Shown: one piece after another, positions 1 to 7,334 of the stretch
Position numbering within the stretch: the first letter of the stretch is position 1
Layout of the letters: the number at the start of each line of letters is the position of its first letter
Assembly (NCBI GenBank): GCA_964354805.1
Contig: CAYHBD010000046.1
Span: forward strand, 1 to 15,807
From: an uncultured archaeon
Lineage (GTDB): Archaea > Iainarchaeota > Iainarchaeia > Iainarchaeales > GCA-2688035
Direction of reading: 5' to 3'
Length of the DNA: 15,807 bases
Program-made: the position numbers and the translations under genes
The notes under the pieces: model-generated
Database searches by the model: none
What the model was told of the DNA's origin: nothing
Seen by the model: the letters and a program-made list of their open reading frames with translations, nothing else

Positions 1-480
1 TGTTACCTCAAGCACCTTGTTCCCTTTCGTTACAGCCACGCCGCTTTTCATTGCCTCTTCTCTTGTTCCCTTGTAAAGAAGGATCTGCATTTCTTCCTTG
101 TTGCGCTCGAATTCCTCCGCAAACGGCTTCAGGGATTCAAAGACAATGTTGTCGCCGTTGATTGAAATGAATTTATCCTCGCCGACAAAATCTTCCGCAA
201 GGGCGATTGCGCTTGGGATTCCGCCTGCCTCGTCCTGCACCCTGTAAGTGAATTTTACGCCGAAATCTTTTCCGCTTCCAAGGTGTGCAAACAAATCCCC
301 GGCATGGTAAGTTCCGGTTATAATCAGAATGTCCTTAACGCCAGCACTTTTCAGCATCTCAATCGGATAGTAAATCATCGGCTTGTTGTACACTGGAAGA
401 AGATGTTTGTTGGTCGCTTTGGTCAAGGGAAACAGCCTGCTCCCAGTGCCTCCTGCAAGAATTACTCCTCTTAATGTCAT
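1..480 (-). CDS. rmlA: Glucose-1-phosphate thymidylyltransferase (sugar nucleotidyltransferase), 5' part; runs off the left window edge
   Basis: Missing from the ORF track. Manual translation from ATG at 480 gives MTLRGVILAGGTGSRLFPLTKATNKHLLPVYNKPMIYYPIEMLKSAGVKDILIITG...RVQDEAGGIPSAI...INGDN, the RmlA signature GGxGxRLxPxT..K.LLPV..KPMI. The frame is open to position 1. An AGGAGG SD lies in the last codons of the upstream gene. Confidence 0.92.
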   Translation of the reverse strand, partial: MTLRGVILAGGTGSRLFPLTKATNKHLLPVYNKPMIYYPIEMLKSAGVKDILIITGTYHAGDLFAHLGSGKDFGVKFTYRVQDEAGGIPSAIALAEDFVGEDKFISINGDNIVFESLKPFAEEFERNKEEMQILLYKGTREEAMKSGVAVTKGNKVLEVT

Positions 481-481
481 T

Positions 482-1189
482 TCATCGCCTCCTTGCAAAT
501 TTCTTTAGCCTTCTCCGGATTTTTTTAGCTTTGTGTTCTCTGTAAACGCTTCTTAAAAAAGCGCCCTCAATTTTGCCAGCCATTACCCATGGCTTCATTT
601 TGAGGGGGACCTTTTGTTTAAAAAACACCGTGCTTGAATAACCTTTCTTTGCCAGGATTTGTTTGACTGACCTTACATGCAACAGCCCCATCACAGCATA
701 ATCTGGTCTTTTTTTGATGATTTCTTTTGCAATAAAATTCTCTGTTACAGGCACCTCAAACAAGTTGGCTTTATGAATCTGACGAATCGCCCCCAAGAGA
801 TTTTCAGGGGTTGAAGACAAATCGCTTCTTAATATTTCTCTTTCAATTCTGTCCGAGCCCAAGGCAACGCATTGCCCGCCGGCTTTCTTAACGCCTACAA
901 ATACTTTGTAATAAAACAAGAGCCAACTTTCATTGGCTTCAATGTTTTCCCATGCTTCTCTTGTGGAAGTGGGAAGTTTTTTTAATTCGCTTTTCGCTGC
1001 TCCCTCCTGTGTCCTTTTGAATTCCATAAAGTCTTTATCCACTCTCAAATACGTGGAAGCAATCAAAGCAAGCGCTGTTGGTGTAATCGCAAGACCCACA
1101 GTTTGCCTTCTTTTCAAATCTCGCAGGGCTTTTAATATTTCAGCTGCGGATTTTTGTTCAATCTTAGCTCCAATCAACTTTGTAACCAT
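482..1189 (-). CDS. Hypothetical basic protein (~235 aa), possibly a degenerate TraB/Tiki/EreA-like fold
   Basis: Long ORF co-oriented with rmlA and ending 1 nt before its ATG. Start moved from 1216 to ATG 1189 (MVTKLIG) because a GGTGA SD precedes it and the upstream codons belong to the duplicated rmlB end. C-terminal 'ENFIAKEI...AVMGLLHV' resembles the family GxxH motif (weak). Confidence 0.7.
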   Translation of the reverse strand: MVTKLIGAKIEQKSAAEILKALRDLKRRQTVGLAITPTALALIASTYLRVDKDFMEFKRTQEGAAKSELKKLPTSTREAWENIEANESWLLFYYKVFVGVKKAGGQCVALGSDRIEREILRSDLSSTPENLLGAIRQIHKANLFEVPVTENFIAKEIIKKRPDYAVMGLLHVRSVKQILAKKGYSSTVFFKQKVPLKMKPWVMAGKIEGAFLRSVYREHKAKKIRRRLKKFARRR

Positions 1190-1193
1190 CTTC

Positions 1194-1245
1194 ACTTCAC
1201 CAACTGTTTCCACCATTTTTCATTTTCTTTATACCACTGCACTGT
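1194..1245 (-). repeat. Direct-repeat copy A: detached 3' end of rmlB (reads TVQWYKENEKWWKQLVK-TGA)
   Basis: 1194-1245 matches 1897-1948 at 48/52 nt, with perfect blocks of 20, 15 and 11 nt. After a 2-nt indel the match continues through CCATCT (1186-1191 vs 1891-1896). Confidence 0.95.
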
Positions 1246-1259
1246 CCTGTTTTGATATG

Positions 1260-1266
1260 TTTAAAT
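1260..1266 (+). promoter_or_regulatory. Putative archaeal TATA box (TTTAAAT) for the leaderless small ORF at 1291
   Basis: TTTAAAT lies 25-31 nt upstream of ATG 1291, the spacing expected for a leaderless archaeal transcript. Confidence 0.5.
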
Positions 1267-1290
1267 TTGTTTTGCTGCACAGTTTTTTGT

Positions 1291-1401
1291 ATGAATAAAA
1301 AAGAGAGGGTAAGGGCTTTTATTGCCTCTGTGGAGGAGGCTAAAAAAGACCCTGAGTTTAGGCGTTCTATTCGACAATTCATCAAGTATCACACAACCTA
1401 A
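1291..1401 (+). CDS. Small 36-aa protein, putative partner or antitoxin of the PIN nuclease
   Basis: Manual translation: MNKKERVRAFIASVEEAKKDPEFRRSIRQFIKYHTT*. It shows helix-DPEF-helix amphipathic patterning, has a TATA box upstream, and overlaps the PIN gene 3' end convergently by 20 nt. It is shorter than any ORF in the supplied track. Confidence 0.65.
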   Translation: MNKKERVRAFIASVEEAKKDPEFRRSIRQFIKYHTT

Positions 1402-1894
1402 CTATTTTTTTGAAGTTCTCATAATCGAAAAAGGTTGGCGTCCTAATCAAGTGCTTTCCGTTTACTACTTTATAGCTGTCCATGGCTTTCTTTGAGAGCA
1501 TTGTTCTTTTGTCTTCGCTTACCACTATATCAAGGTTTTTTAATGTAGCCGAAGCAACTATAAGAAAATCGTTTTTTATTTCATGCCAGCTTTGGACTCC
1601 TTTATTGTTCTTAAACTCTTTGAAATATTCTTCTGCCAATGCCTCGATTTTTTTTGTCACCTGAATAAAGTGTTTTCCTACAATCAAGTCGAAATTGTTT
1701 AGCAACATCACCCTGCTGCTATATTTGCCCGCTGTTCTTTTCCCTTTCGGAGTTTCTCTTAATTCGTTTCTAATTACAGAATTTCCATAAATGATAACCT
1801 TATTGCCACTTGTTATTTTTTCAACCAAGTCAAGGTCAAACTCAATAACAAAACCATAAATGTTTGTATCCAACAAAAGCCGTAATCTAGCCAT
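1382..1894 (-). CDS. PIN-domain (VapC-like) ribonuclease
   Basis: PIN acidic tetrad motifs: LLLDTNIY, VIRNEL, NDFLIVASA, IVVSED. The ATG directly abuts the rmlB stop. Confidence 0.88.
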   Translation of the reverse strand: MARLRLLLDTNIYGFVIEFDLDLVEKITSGNKVIIYGNSVIRNELRETPKGKRTAGKYSSRVMLLNNFDLIVGKHFIQVTKKIEALAEEYFKEFKNNKGVQSWHEIKNDFLIVASATLKNLDIVVSEDKRTMLSKKAMDSYKVVNGKHLIRTPTFFDYENFKKIVRLCDT

Positions 1895-2857
1895 CTACTT
1901 CACCAACGGTAGCCACCATTTTTCATTCTCTTTATACCACTGCACTGTTTGATGCAGCCCTTCTTTAAATGCAGTGCGCGGTTTCCATCCCAATTCTTTT
2001 TTTATTTTGCCGCTGTCAAGGCTGTACCTCAAATCGTGCCCTGGCCTGTCTGTAACACGCTGAATCATTTCTTCTCCCTTGCCCAATTCTTTCAAAATCA
2101 TTTTTGTTAATTGAATGTTCTGCAATTCATTGCCGCCTCCGATATTGTAGATTTCCCCTGCTTTTCCCTTTTGCAGCACTAAATCAATTGCCTCGCAGTT
2201 GTCCATTACAAAAATCCAGTCCCTAACATTTTTTCCTTCACCGTACAATGGAACCTTTTTGTTCTGCAGCAGATTTGTAATGAATACCGGAATCACTTTT
2301 TCCGGAAACTGGAAAGGGCCATAGTTATTGCTGCTGCGAGTTACAATAACCGGCAGCCCATAGGTTGAATGATAGCTCATTGCAAGCAGCTCTCCGGCTG
2401 CCTTTGCAGCGCTGTATGGATTGCGCGGGTGCAGGGCATCTGTTTCCCTGCTGCTGCCTTTTGGGATTTGCCCGTAAACTTCGTCAGTTGAAATCTGGAT
2501 GAATTTTTCAATGTCCTGCTTTCGCGCTTCCTCACACAATACTTTCACTCCGAAAAAATTCGTTTTCACGAATGAATCCGCATCAGCAATTGCCCTGTCG
2601 ACATGGCTTTCCGCAGCAAAATTTATTACTGCAGAGCAGCCCTGCATTGCTTTTGCAGCATCGCTTGAACTGCAGATGTCCCCTTTAACGAAACTGTAAT
2701 TTTCGTTTCCTTCAATGCCCTGCAGGTTTTCCCTGCGCCCTGCGTATGTTAATTTATCCAAATTCACGACTTCAGTTTCAGGGTGCTTTTCAATGAACTG
2801 CCTGATGAAGTTGCAGCCAATGAATCCGCATCCGCCGGTGATAAGGATTTTTTGCAT
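1895..2857 (-). CDS. rmlB: dTDP-glucose 4,6-dehydratase
   Basis: Motifs TGGCGFIG, NLDKLTYAG, FAAESHVDR, ISTDEVYG, YSAAK, SSNNYGPFQFPEK, DRPGHDLRY. Start set at ATG 2857, which follows a GGTGA SD. Confidence 0.97.
   Translation of the reverse strand: MQKILITGGCGFIGCNFIRQFIEKHPETEVVNLDKLTYAGRRENLQGIEGNENYSFVKGDICSSSDAAKAMQGCSAVINFAAESHVDRAIADADSFVKTNFFGVKVLCEEARKQDIEKFIQISTDEVYGQIPKGSSRETDALHPRNPYSAAKAAGELLAMSYHSTYGLPVIVTRSSNNYGPFQFPEKVIPVFITNLLQNKKVPLYGEGKNVRDWIFVMDNCEAIDLVLQKGKAGEIYNIGGGNELQNIQLTKMILKELGKGEEMIQRVTDRPGHDLRYSLDSGKIKKELGWKPRTAFKEGLHQTVQWYKENEKWWLPLVK
1897..1948 (-). repeat. Direct-repeat copy B: current 3' end of rmlB (TVQWYKENEKWWLPLVK-TAG)
   Basis: 48/52 nt identical to 1194-1245. 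Confidence 0.95.
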
Positions 2858-2866
2858 TTTTTTCAC

Positions 2867-3001
2867 CTTGGTAATAAGTAATTATTAGTATTAATTAAAT
2901 TGCTTAGGGTTAAAAAAGGTTAAAATAAAACTTGGTGCAATGCTCGAATTCTATCCTCTTTTAGCCGAATTCTTTTAAATTACTTTTCAGCACTGTAATT
3001 G
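2867..3001. promoter_or_regulatory. Divergent AT-rich promoter region (rmlB leftward, deacetylase operon rightward)
   Basis: Intergenic between divergent genes. TTTTAAAT at 2973-2980 lies about 25 nt before ATG 3002; TTTAATTA on the minus strand lies near 2892-2899. Confidence 0.55.
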
Positions 3002-4573
3002 ATGCAAATGCCCCAATCTCTTTCAGTTGGATTAACAGCCCTGGTTTTGGGCTGGAAAAGGATAATGCAGCAGGAAGGAATACAGCACTCTGTTTGCAGT
3101 TTCAGCAAGCCTGTGGCAAAAAACGCTTTCGCTGCAATAATAGTGAATTCGCACCTGAACGAAAAGCAAGCCGAGAATGCAACCAGGTTCCTGCAGCAGG
3201 GCGGGGCAATTCTTACAGCATACAATTTTGTTTCAAAAATAGATTCATCAATCCGATTTGAAGAAAAGCACACAAAATTCATTGAACCGCACAGCGATTT
3301 TTTTTCTGGCAGCGGATTGCTTTGGCTGAATGGCAAGGCTGCTGTTTTTGAGGAGGCAGCAAAGCCAAGCGTTTTGCTCAAGCGGATTGGAAAAGGCAGC
3401 CTTATTGTTTTACCTTTTGATCCTGAGAGCGCAACCTTGTCGGAAAAATTTGAAAGAAGGGCATTTGTTGTTGGGATAAAAGCAGTGGCAGAATTTGCTC
3501 CTGCTGCAAGCAAATCCCACATCAGAACCATTGTAAGCAACTGCCTGCAGAGGCTGTTTGAATCAAGGGGCTTGCCTTTCGTGCATTTGTGGTATTACCC
3601 AAAAAAATTCAGTTCAGTGCTGGGTTTCCATGTTGATGTCGATTTTTTTTCGGATGACACAATTGAAACAATTCAATTGTTTAAAGAATTAAATTTTCAG
3701 CCAACCTGGTTTTTGAACATGCAGGCAGCAGCAAGCGCGGAAAAGGAAATAATTGCGCAGCTAAAAAAACAAAAATTCATTGGGCAGCACGCTTTCCTCC
3801 ACCGGTTTTTTTCCGATGAAAAACAAAGCCATGGAAATGCAATGAAAGGCGATTTGGAAATGAAAAAACTTGGATTCAAGCCATGCTCATTTAGCGCGCC
3901 AAACGGTGTCTGGGGCCAGAGCATTGCAAAGGCAGTGCAGCGCCTTGGATATGATTTTGCAATGGGATTCTCCCTTGACAGCGAGAATTTGCCTTTCAAC
4001 CCTATTGTTGGTGGAAAGGAAGCGAGCTTTTTGTTCCTGCCAACTCACCCTGTTTGCATTGGGCTGATGAAAATGTATGATTGCAGCGAAAAAGAAATGA
4101 AAGAATATTTTGCAAAGGTTATTGAAAGGAACAGTGCATTGGGCATTCCGCTGTTCTTTTATGGCCATCCCTTCAAGGAGATTGCGCGGTTCCAGAATGT
4201 GATTAAAGAAATTTTTTCTGCTGCAAGGGCAAGAAAGGATATTTGGGTTGCAAGCCATTTGCAGTTTGCGCAGTGGTGGAGGAAAAGGCAGGGCATTGCA
4301 TTCAGCGCTTCTGCAGATAACAGGAAAGTGAAAATAAAATGCAGTTCTGCAAAGGGTGTTTGCATTAGAATTATTTTTAATGGAAAGCAAACTTTTGCAA
4401 AGGCAAAAAATTCAGGGATTGAATTCAGGCAGCTGAGAAAAGGAAAAAAACTGCCAATTGGGTTTTTGCATGATACTGCTGTAAAGCCGAGCGCTCTTGG
4501 AAAAAAGCATTTGGCGAAAAAATTTGCTGCCTGGGGCGTTAAAAAAGTGTTTGGGGGAAAAGCACTGAAGTGA
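3002..4573 (+). CDS. Polysaccharide deacetylase-like protein (CE4/NodB-type barrel) with an additional N-terminal domain
   Basis: LWYYP...GFHVDVD (motif 1 variant), TWFL, GQHAFLH (metal-binding HxxxH), FSAPNG, FYGHP. Confidence 0.75.
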   Translation: MQMPQSLSVGLTALVLGWKRIMQQEGIQHSVCSFSKPVAKNAFAAIIVNSHLNEKQAENATRFLQQGGAILTAYNFVSKIDSSIRFEEKHTKFIEPHSDFFSGSGLLWLNGKAAVFEEAAKPSVLLKRIGKGSLIVLPFDPESATLSEKFERRAFVVGIKAVAEFAPAASKSHIRTIVSNCLQRLFESRGLPFVHLWYYPKKFSSVLGFHVDVDFFSDDTIETIQLFKELNFQPTWFLNMQAAASAEKEIIAQLKKQKFIGQHAFLHRFFSDEKQSHGNAMKGDLEMKKLGFKPCSFSAPNGVWGQSIAKAVQRLGYDFAMGFSLDSENLPFNPIVGGKEASFLFLPTHPVCIGLMKMYDCSEKEMKEYFAKVIERNSALGIPLFFYGHPFKEIARFQNVIKEIFSAARARKDIWVASHLQFAQWWRKRQGIAFSASADNRKVKIKCSSAKGVCIRIIFNGKQTFAKAKNSGIEFRQLRKGKKLPIGFLHDTAVKPSALGKKHLAKKFAAWGVKKVFGGKALK

Positions 4574-4579
4574 TAAGCT

Positions 4580-5509
4580 ATGCCGGCAAATGTTTTCAGG
4601 AAAATCGCGTCAGCTGTTCTGCCAAGAAAGCTGAAGAGCGCGCTCAAGAGGCTGTTCAGGATTCCGAAAAGCATTGCCGTTTACAAAAAGAAAGCAGCCG
4701 GAAAAATCGTAACAAAACAGGACATAATCAACGGGCTTAGGCAGCTTGGCATAAAGGAAAGGGACACGATTTTTGTCCACAGCTCGCTTGGCGCATTCGG
4801 TTTTGTCGAAGGCGGAGCCCAGGCAGTGATTGATGCATTGCTTGAATCTGTTGGCAGCAATGGAAATGTCTGCATGCCTAGTTTCGGGCCATTGCCTGAC
4901 GGGAAAACGTTTGATGTAGGGAAAACAGCGAGCGGTGTTGGAAAAGTCAGTGACATTTTCTGGCGAATGCCGAACGCAAAAAGGAGCCTTAGCCCTACGC
5001 ATTGCGTTGCATGCATTGGAAAGCATGCAGTGGAAATAACAGAAGGGCACCTGCTGGATGAAACCCCTTTCACCAAAAATTCGCCTTACTACAAAATGAT
5101 GCAATTGGATGGAAAAGTGGTTGCATTGGGCTCGCCTTTGAGGAGAAGCCTTACCTGCAATTACATTTTTGAGGACATGGTTGGCGGCAGGTTTCCTGTA
5201 AAGGTTTATGCTGCAGAGAAAAAGGAATTTGTTGTAATAGATGAAAAGGGCAGGAAGCAGATTGTAAAGAAAAAAGTGCATGATTTGGCACTTGATCCAA
5301 TCAGAATTGATTATAATCCTGAGCTGGCTGACTGGTTTGAAGGGCTTTTGATTGAAAGGAAATGCATGCGAAAGGGAAAAATCGGCGAGGCAACTGTCCT
5401 GGTTTACGGAATAAAATGCCTTATTGATACCTTGGCTGATTTGCTGAAAGAAGGGAAAACGATTTACGCAGTGGAAAAAAGCATTGGAAATAAAAAAGGC
5501 ACGGAATAG
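4580..5509 (+). CDS. AAC(3)/YokD (Antibiotic_NAT) family N-acyltransferase
   Basis: LRQLGIKERDTIFVHSSLGAFGFVEGGAQAVIDALLESVG...MPSF; G.VSDIFWR...RSLSPTH; SPYYKM..LDGKVVALG. Confidence 0.9.
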   Translation: MPANVFRKIASAVLPRKLKSALKRLFRIPKSIAVYKKKAAGKIVTKQDIINGLRQLGIKERDTIFVHSSLGAFGFVEGGAQAVIDALLESVGSNGNVCMPSFGPLPDGKTFDVGKTASGVGKVSDIFWRMPNAKRSLSPTHCVACIGKHAVEITEGHLLDETPFTKNSPYYKMMQLDGKVVALGSPLRRSLTCNYIFEDMVGGRFPVKVYAAEKKEFVVIDEKGRKQIVKKKVHDLALDPIRIDYNPELADWFEGLLIERKCMRKGKIGEATVLVYGIKCLIDTLADLLKEGKTIYAVEKSIGNKKGTE

Positions 5510-5536
5510 AATAATTTAAATTCGGGTGATTTTGAA

Positions 5537-6289
5537 ATGGAAAAAAAGCTGCAGGGAAAGGTTGCCATTGTGACTGGCGCAAGCAGGGGCATTGGGAAAG
5601 CGATTGCTTTGCTGCTTGCGGAGCAGGGAGCAAAGGTTGCAGTGAATTTCTTTGAGAAAAAAGAGCAGGCAGAGGAAACAGTCAAGCAGATAGAGAAAAA
5701 CGGGGGGCAGGCGATTGCAATCAAAGCAGACATAAGCAGCCAAAAAGAAACAGAGGAAATGGTCAGGAAAGTGAAAGAGAAATTCGGCAAAATCGATATT
5801 CTTGTCAACAACGCTGCAATCACTATTGACAAAACCTTCAAGAATTCAACAAAAGAGGAATGGGACAAAATAATGGCTGTTGATTTGGACAGCCTGTTCA
5901 ACACTGTTCACCCAACCCTGAAAATAATGCTTGAGCAGGGAAACGGCGCGATTGTAAACATTGCTTCAGCAAGCGGTGAAATCGGCTTCTTCGGTCAGGT
6001 GAGCTACAGCGCTGCAAAAGCAGGCGTAATAGGCTTCACCAAAGCGCTTGCAAAAGAGGTTGCATCAAAGGGAATAAGGGTGAACGCGGTCAGCCCCGGG
6101 GTAATTGCCGGAACACTTATCAGCGACAAGATTCCGAAAGAAGTGCAGGAAAAATTCGTTGAAACAATCCCGCTCAAAAGAATGGGCAAGCCAGAGGAAA
6201 TCGCAAAAGCGGTCTTGTTCCTTGCATCTGATGACTCAAGCTACATTACTGGGCAAGTGATTGGAGTAAACGGCGGGTTGGTAATGTAA
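5537..6289 (+). CDS. Classical SDR ketoreductase, FabG/PhaB (acetoacetyl-CoA reductase)-like
   Basis: TGASRGIG, DILVNNAA, GQVSYSAAKAGVIGFTKALAKE, VNAVSPG, SYITGQ; GGTGA SD upstream. Confidence 0.92.
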   Translation: MEKKLQGKVAIVTGASRGIGKAIALLLAEQGAKVAVNFFEKKEQAEETVKQIEKNGGQAIAIKADISSQKETEEMVRKVKEKFGKIDILVNNAAITIDKTFKNSTKEEWDKIMAVDLDSLFNTVHPTLKIMLEQGNGAIVNIASASGEIGFFGQVSYSAAKAGVIGFTKALAKEVASKGIRVNAVSPGVIAGTLISDKIPKEVQEKFVETIPLKRMGKPEEIAKAVLFLASDDSSYITGQVIGVNGGLVM

Positions 6290-6799
6290 ATGTCAAAAAA
6301 CAGTATAACCAATTCTTTGGCTGAAGATAAATTACGCTTGCAAATTGTAATTGGTGCTCTTGTAATAACCTTTGCCAATTGGTACGTTTGGATTACATCA
6401 AAGGTTGAATTTATTGCAGAAACCACAGCCGTTTTTACAATTTTACCGATTTTACTTGGGGCATATCTTGTTATGTTAGCAATAGCATATGTGCCAACAG
6501 AGCATATGATAAAGCATAGACCAAATTTGATGGTATTTGCTAACTATTTTTATGCAGCTAGCATTGCTGGATTTATTTCTGGCGAAACAGTGCTTGTAGT
6601 GGCTTATTTGTTAGGGGGTACTACACTCAAAATATTTCTGGCTAAACCAATATTTGGCTTTCCATTATTCGGTTGGCTTTGGCTTTTTGGCTCGCTAATT
6701 TTGCTTTCTGGATTTTACGGTGTAAATCCAATAGCAATAAAGAAACGTTTAAGGTCTCGGAGAATCGCTAAAAAGAAAGCAAGCGCTTCACGGCGTTAG
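6290..6799 (+). CDS. Hypothetical integral membrane protein (~4-5 TM segments)
   Basis: Several long hydrophobic stretches and a basic C-terminal tail. The ATG follows the SDR stop directly, codon usage is visibly more A/T-ending than its neighbours, and it overlaps the maoC 3' end by 12 nt. Confidence 0.75.
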   Translation: MSKNSITNSLAEDKLRLQIVIGALVITFANWYVWITSKVEFIAETTAVFTILPILLGAYLVMLAIAYVPTEHMIKHRPNLMVFANYFYAASIAGFISGETVLVVAYLLGGTTLKIFLAKPIFGFPLFGWLWLFGSLILLSGFYGVNPIAIKKRLRSRRIAKKKASASRR

Positions 6800-7210
6800 A
6801 ATCTTGTGCAGCCCAACCCCTTCTACAACAATTTCGCCTTTCTGGTTGTAGCAGGTTGTTCTCACTATTACGTGCTGCCTGTCCTCTATTTTTGCCAGCA
6901 GTTCGCTTACTGCTTTGATTGTGTCTCCAATGTGCACTGGCTGAAGGAAGCGAAGCGATTGGTCCATCCAGGCGCTGCCTGGCCCAGGCATTTTGGTGCC
7001 AACAACAGCGCTGATTAGCGAGGAAACAAGCATTCCATGCACGATTCTTTGCTTGAACTGGGTTTTTGCAGCAAAGCTTTCATCCATGTGAATTGGGTTA
7101 TTGTCGAGGGAAAGTGCTGCGAATTGCTCAACATCCTGTTCAGTTATTTTTTTGGTTATCTCGCCTTTCTGGCCAATGCGCAGTTCTTTGAATGAAACAG
7201 GTTTTTGCAT
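6788..7210 (-). CDS. MaoC/PhaJ-like hot-dog fold (R)-specific acyl dehydratase/hydratase
   Basis: Hydratase-2 motif FAALSLDNNPIHMDESFA...RIVHGML with catalytic Asp and His intact, plus PGPG and F..PV.IGD. Start set at ATG 7210, which follows an AGGTG SD. Confidence 0.92.
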   Translation of the reverse strand: MQKPVSFKELRIGQKGEITKKITEQDVEQFAALSLDNNPIHMDESFAAKTQFKQRIVHGMLVSSLISAVVGTKMPGPGSAWMDQSLRFLQPVHIGDTIKAVSELLAKIEDRQHVIVRTTCYNQKGEIVVEGVGLHKILTP

Positions 7211-7237
7211 TGAAGCACCTTTTTTTGATTTTTGCAC

Positions 7238-7334
7238 CAGAATTGATTTATATAGAAAAATTTATTCTCATAAAAGCTTTAAAAGCAATAACAGCCAGAT
7301 TTTATTTAATTGATCTTGCCTTTGGGATACAATT
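7238..7334. promoter_or_regulatory. Divergent promoter region between maoC-like and fkbH-like genes
   Basis: TTTATATA near 7247-7254, and a purine run followed by TTTAAAA near 7272-7284 (BRE/TATA-like). Confidence 0.5.

Larger units (their letters stand above)
1194..1948. mobile_element. Putative 703-bp inserted cassette (PIN gene plus small convergent ORF) bounded by rmlB 3'-end direct repeats
   Basis: Repeat copies are 703 bp apart and the arrangement resembles attL/attR at a gene 3' end. No recombinase is present in the window. Confidence 0.65.

Noticed and set aside
283-474. 63-aa plus-strand ORF
   Set aside because: Antisense shadow of rmlA, which has clear family motifs on the minus strand.
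1190-1216. ORF-track N-terminus MVETVGEVK of the 244-aa protein
   Set aside because: These codons are an alternative frame of the duplicated rmlB tail; the SD position supports ATG 1189.
1197-1385. 62-aa minus-strand ORF downstream of the PIN gene as a possible antitoxin
   Set aside because: The sequence is not protein-like and it runs out of frame through the rmlB repeat. The plus-strand 36-aa ORF has a TATA box and better helical patterning.
4610-5281. Long antisense ORFs (4610-5281, and likewise 2980-3540, 9006-9671, 13104-13847 and others)
   Set aside because: They lie opposite well-supported genes and have no recognisable motifs, so they are treated as shadow frames.
4580-5509. Aminoglycoside resistance gene
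   Set aside because: Only family-level similarity. The glycan-locus context and altered active-site motif point to a biosynthetic acyltransferase.
5537-7210. PHA storage or fatty-acid synthesis (phaB/phaJ or fabG)
   Set aside because: No PHA synthase, thiolase, ketosynthase or ACP in the window, and the neighbours are glycan-tailoring genes. No gene symbol was assigned.
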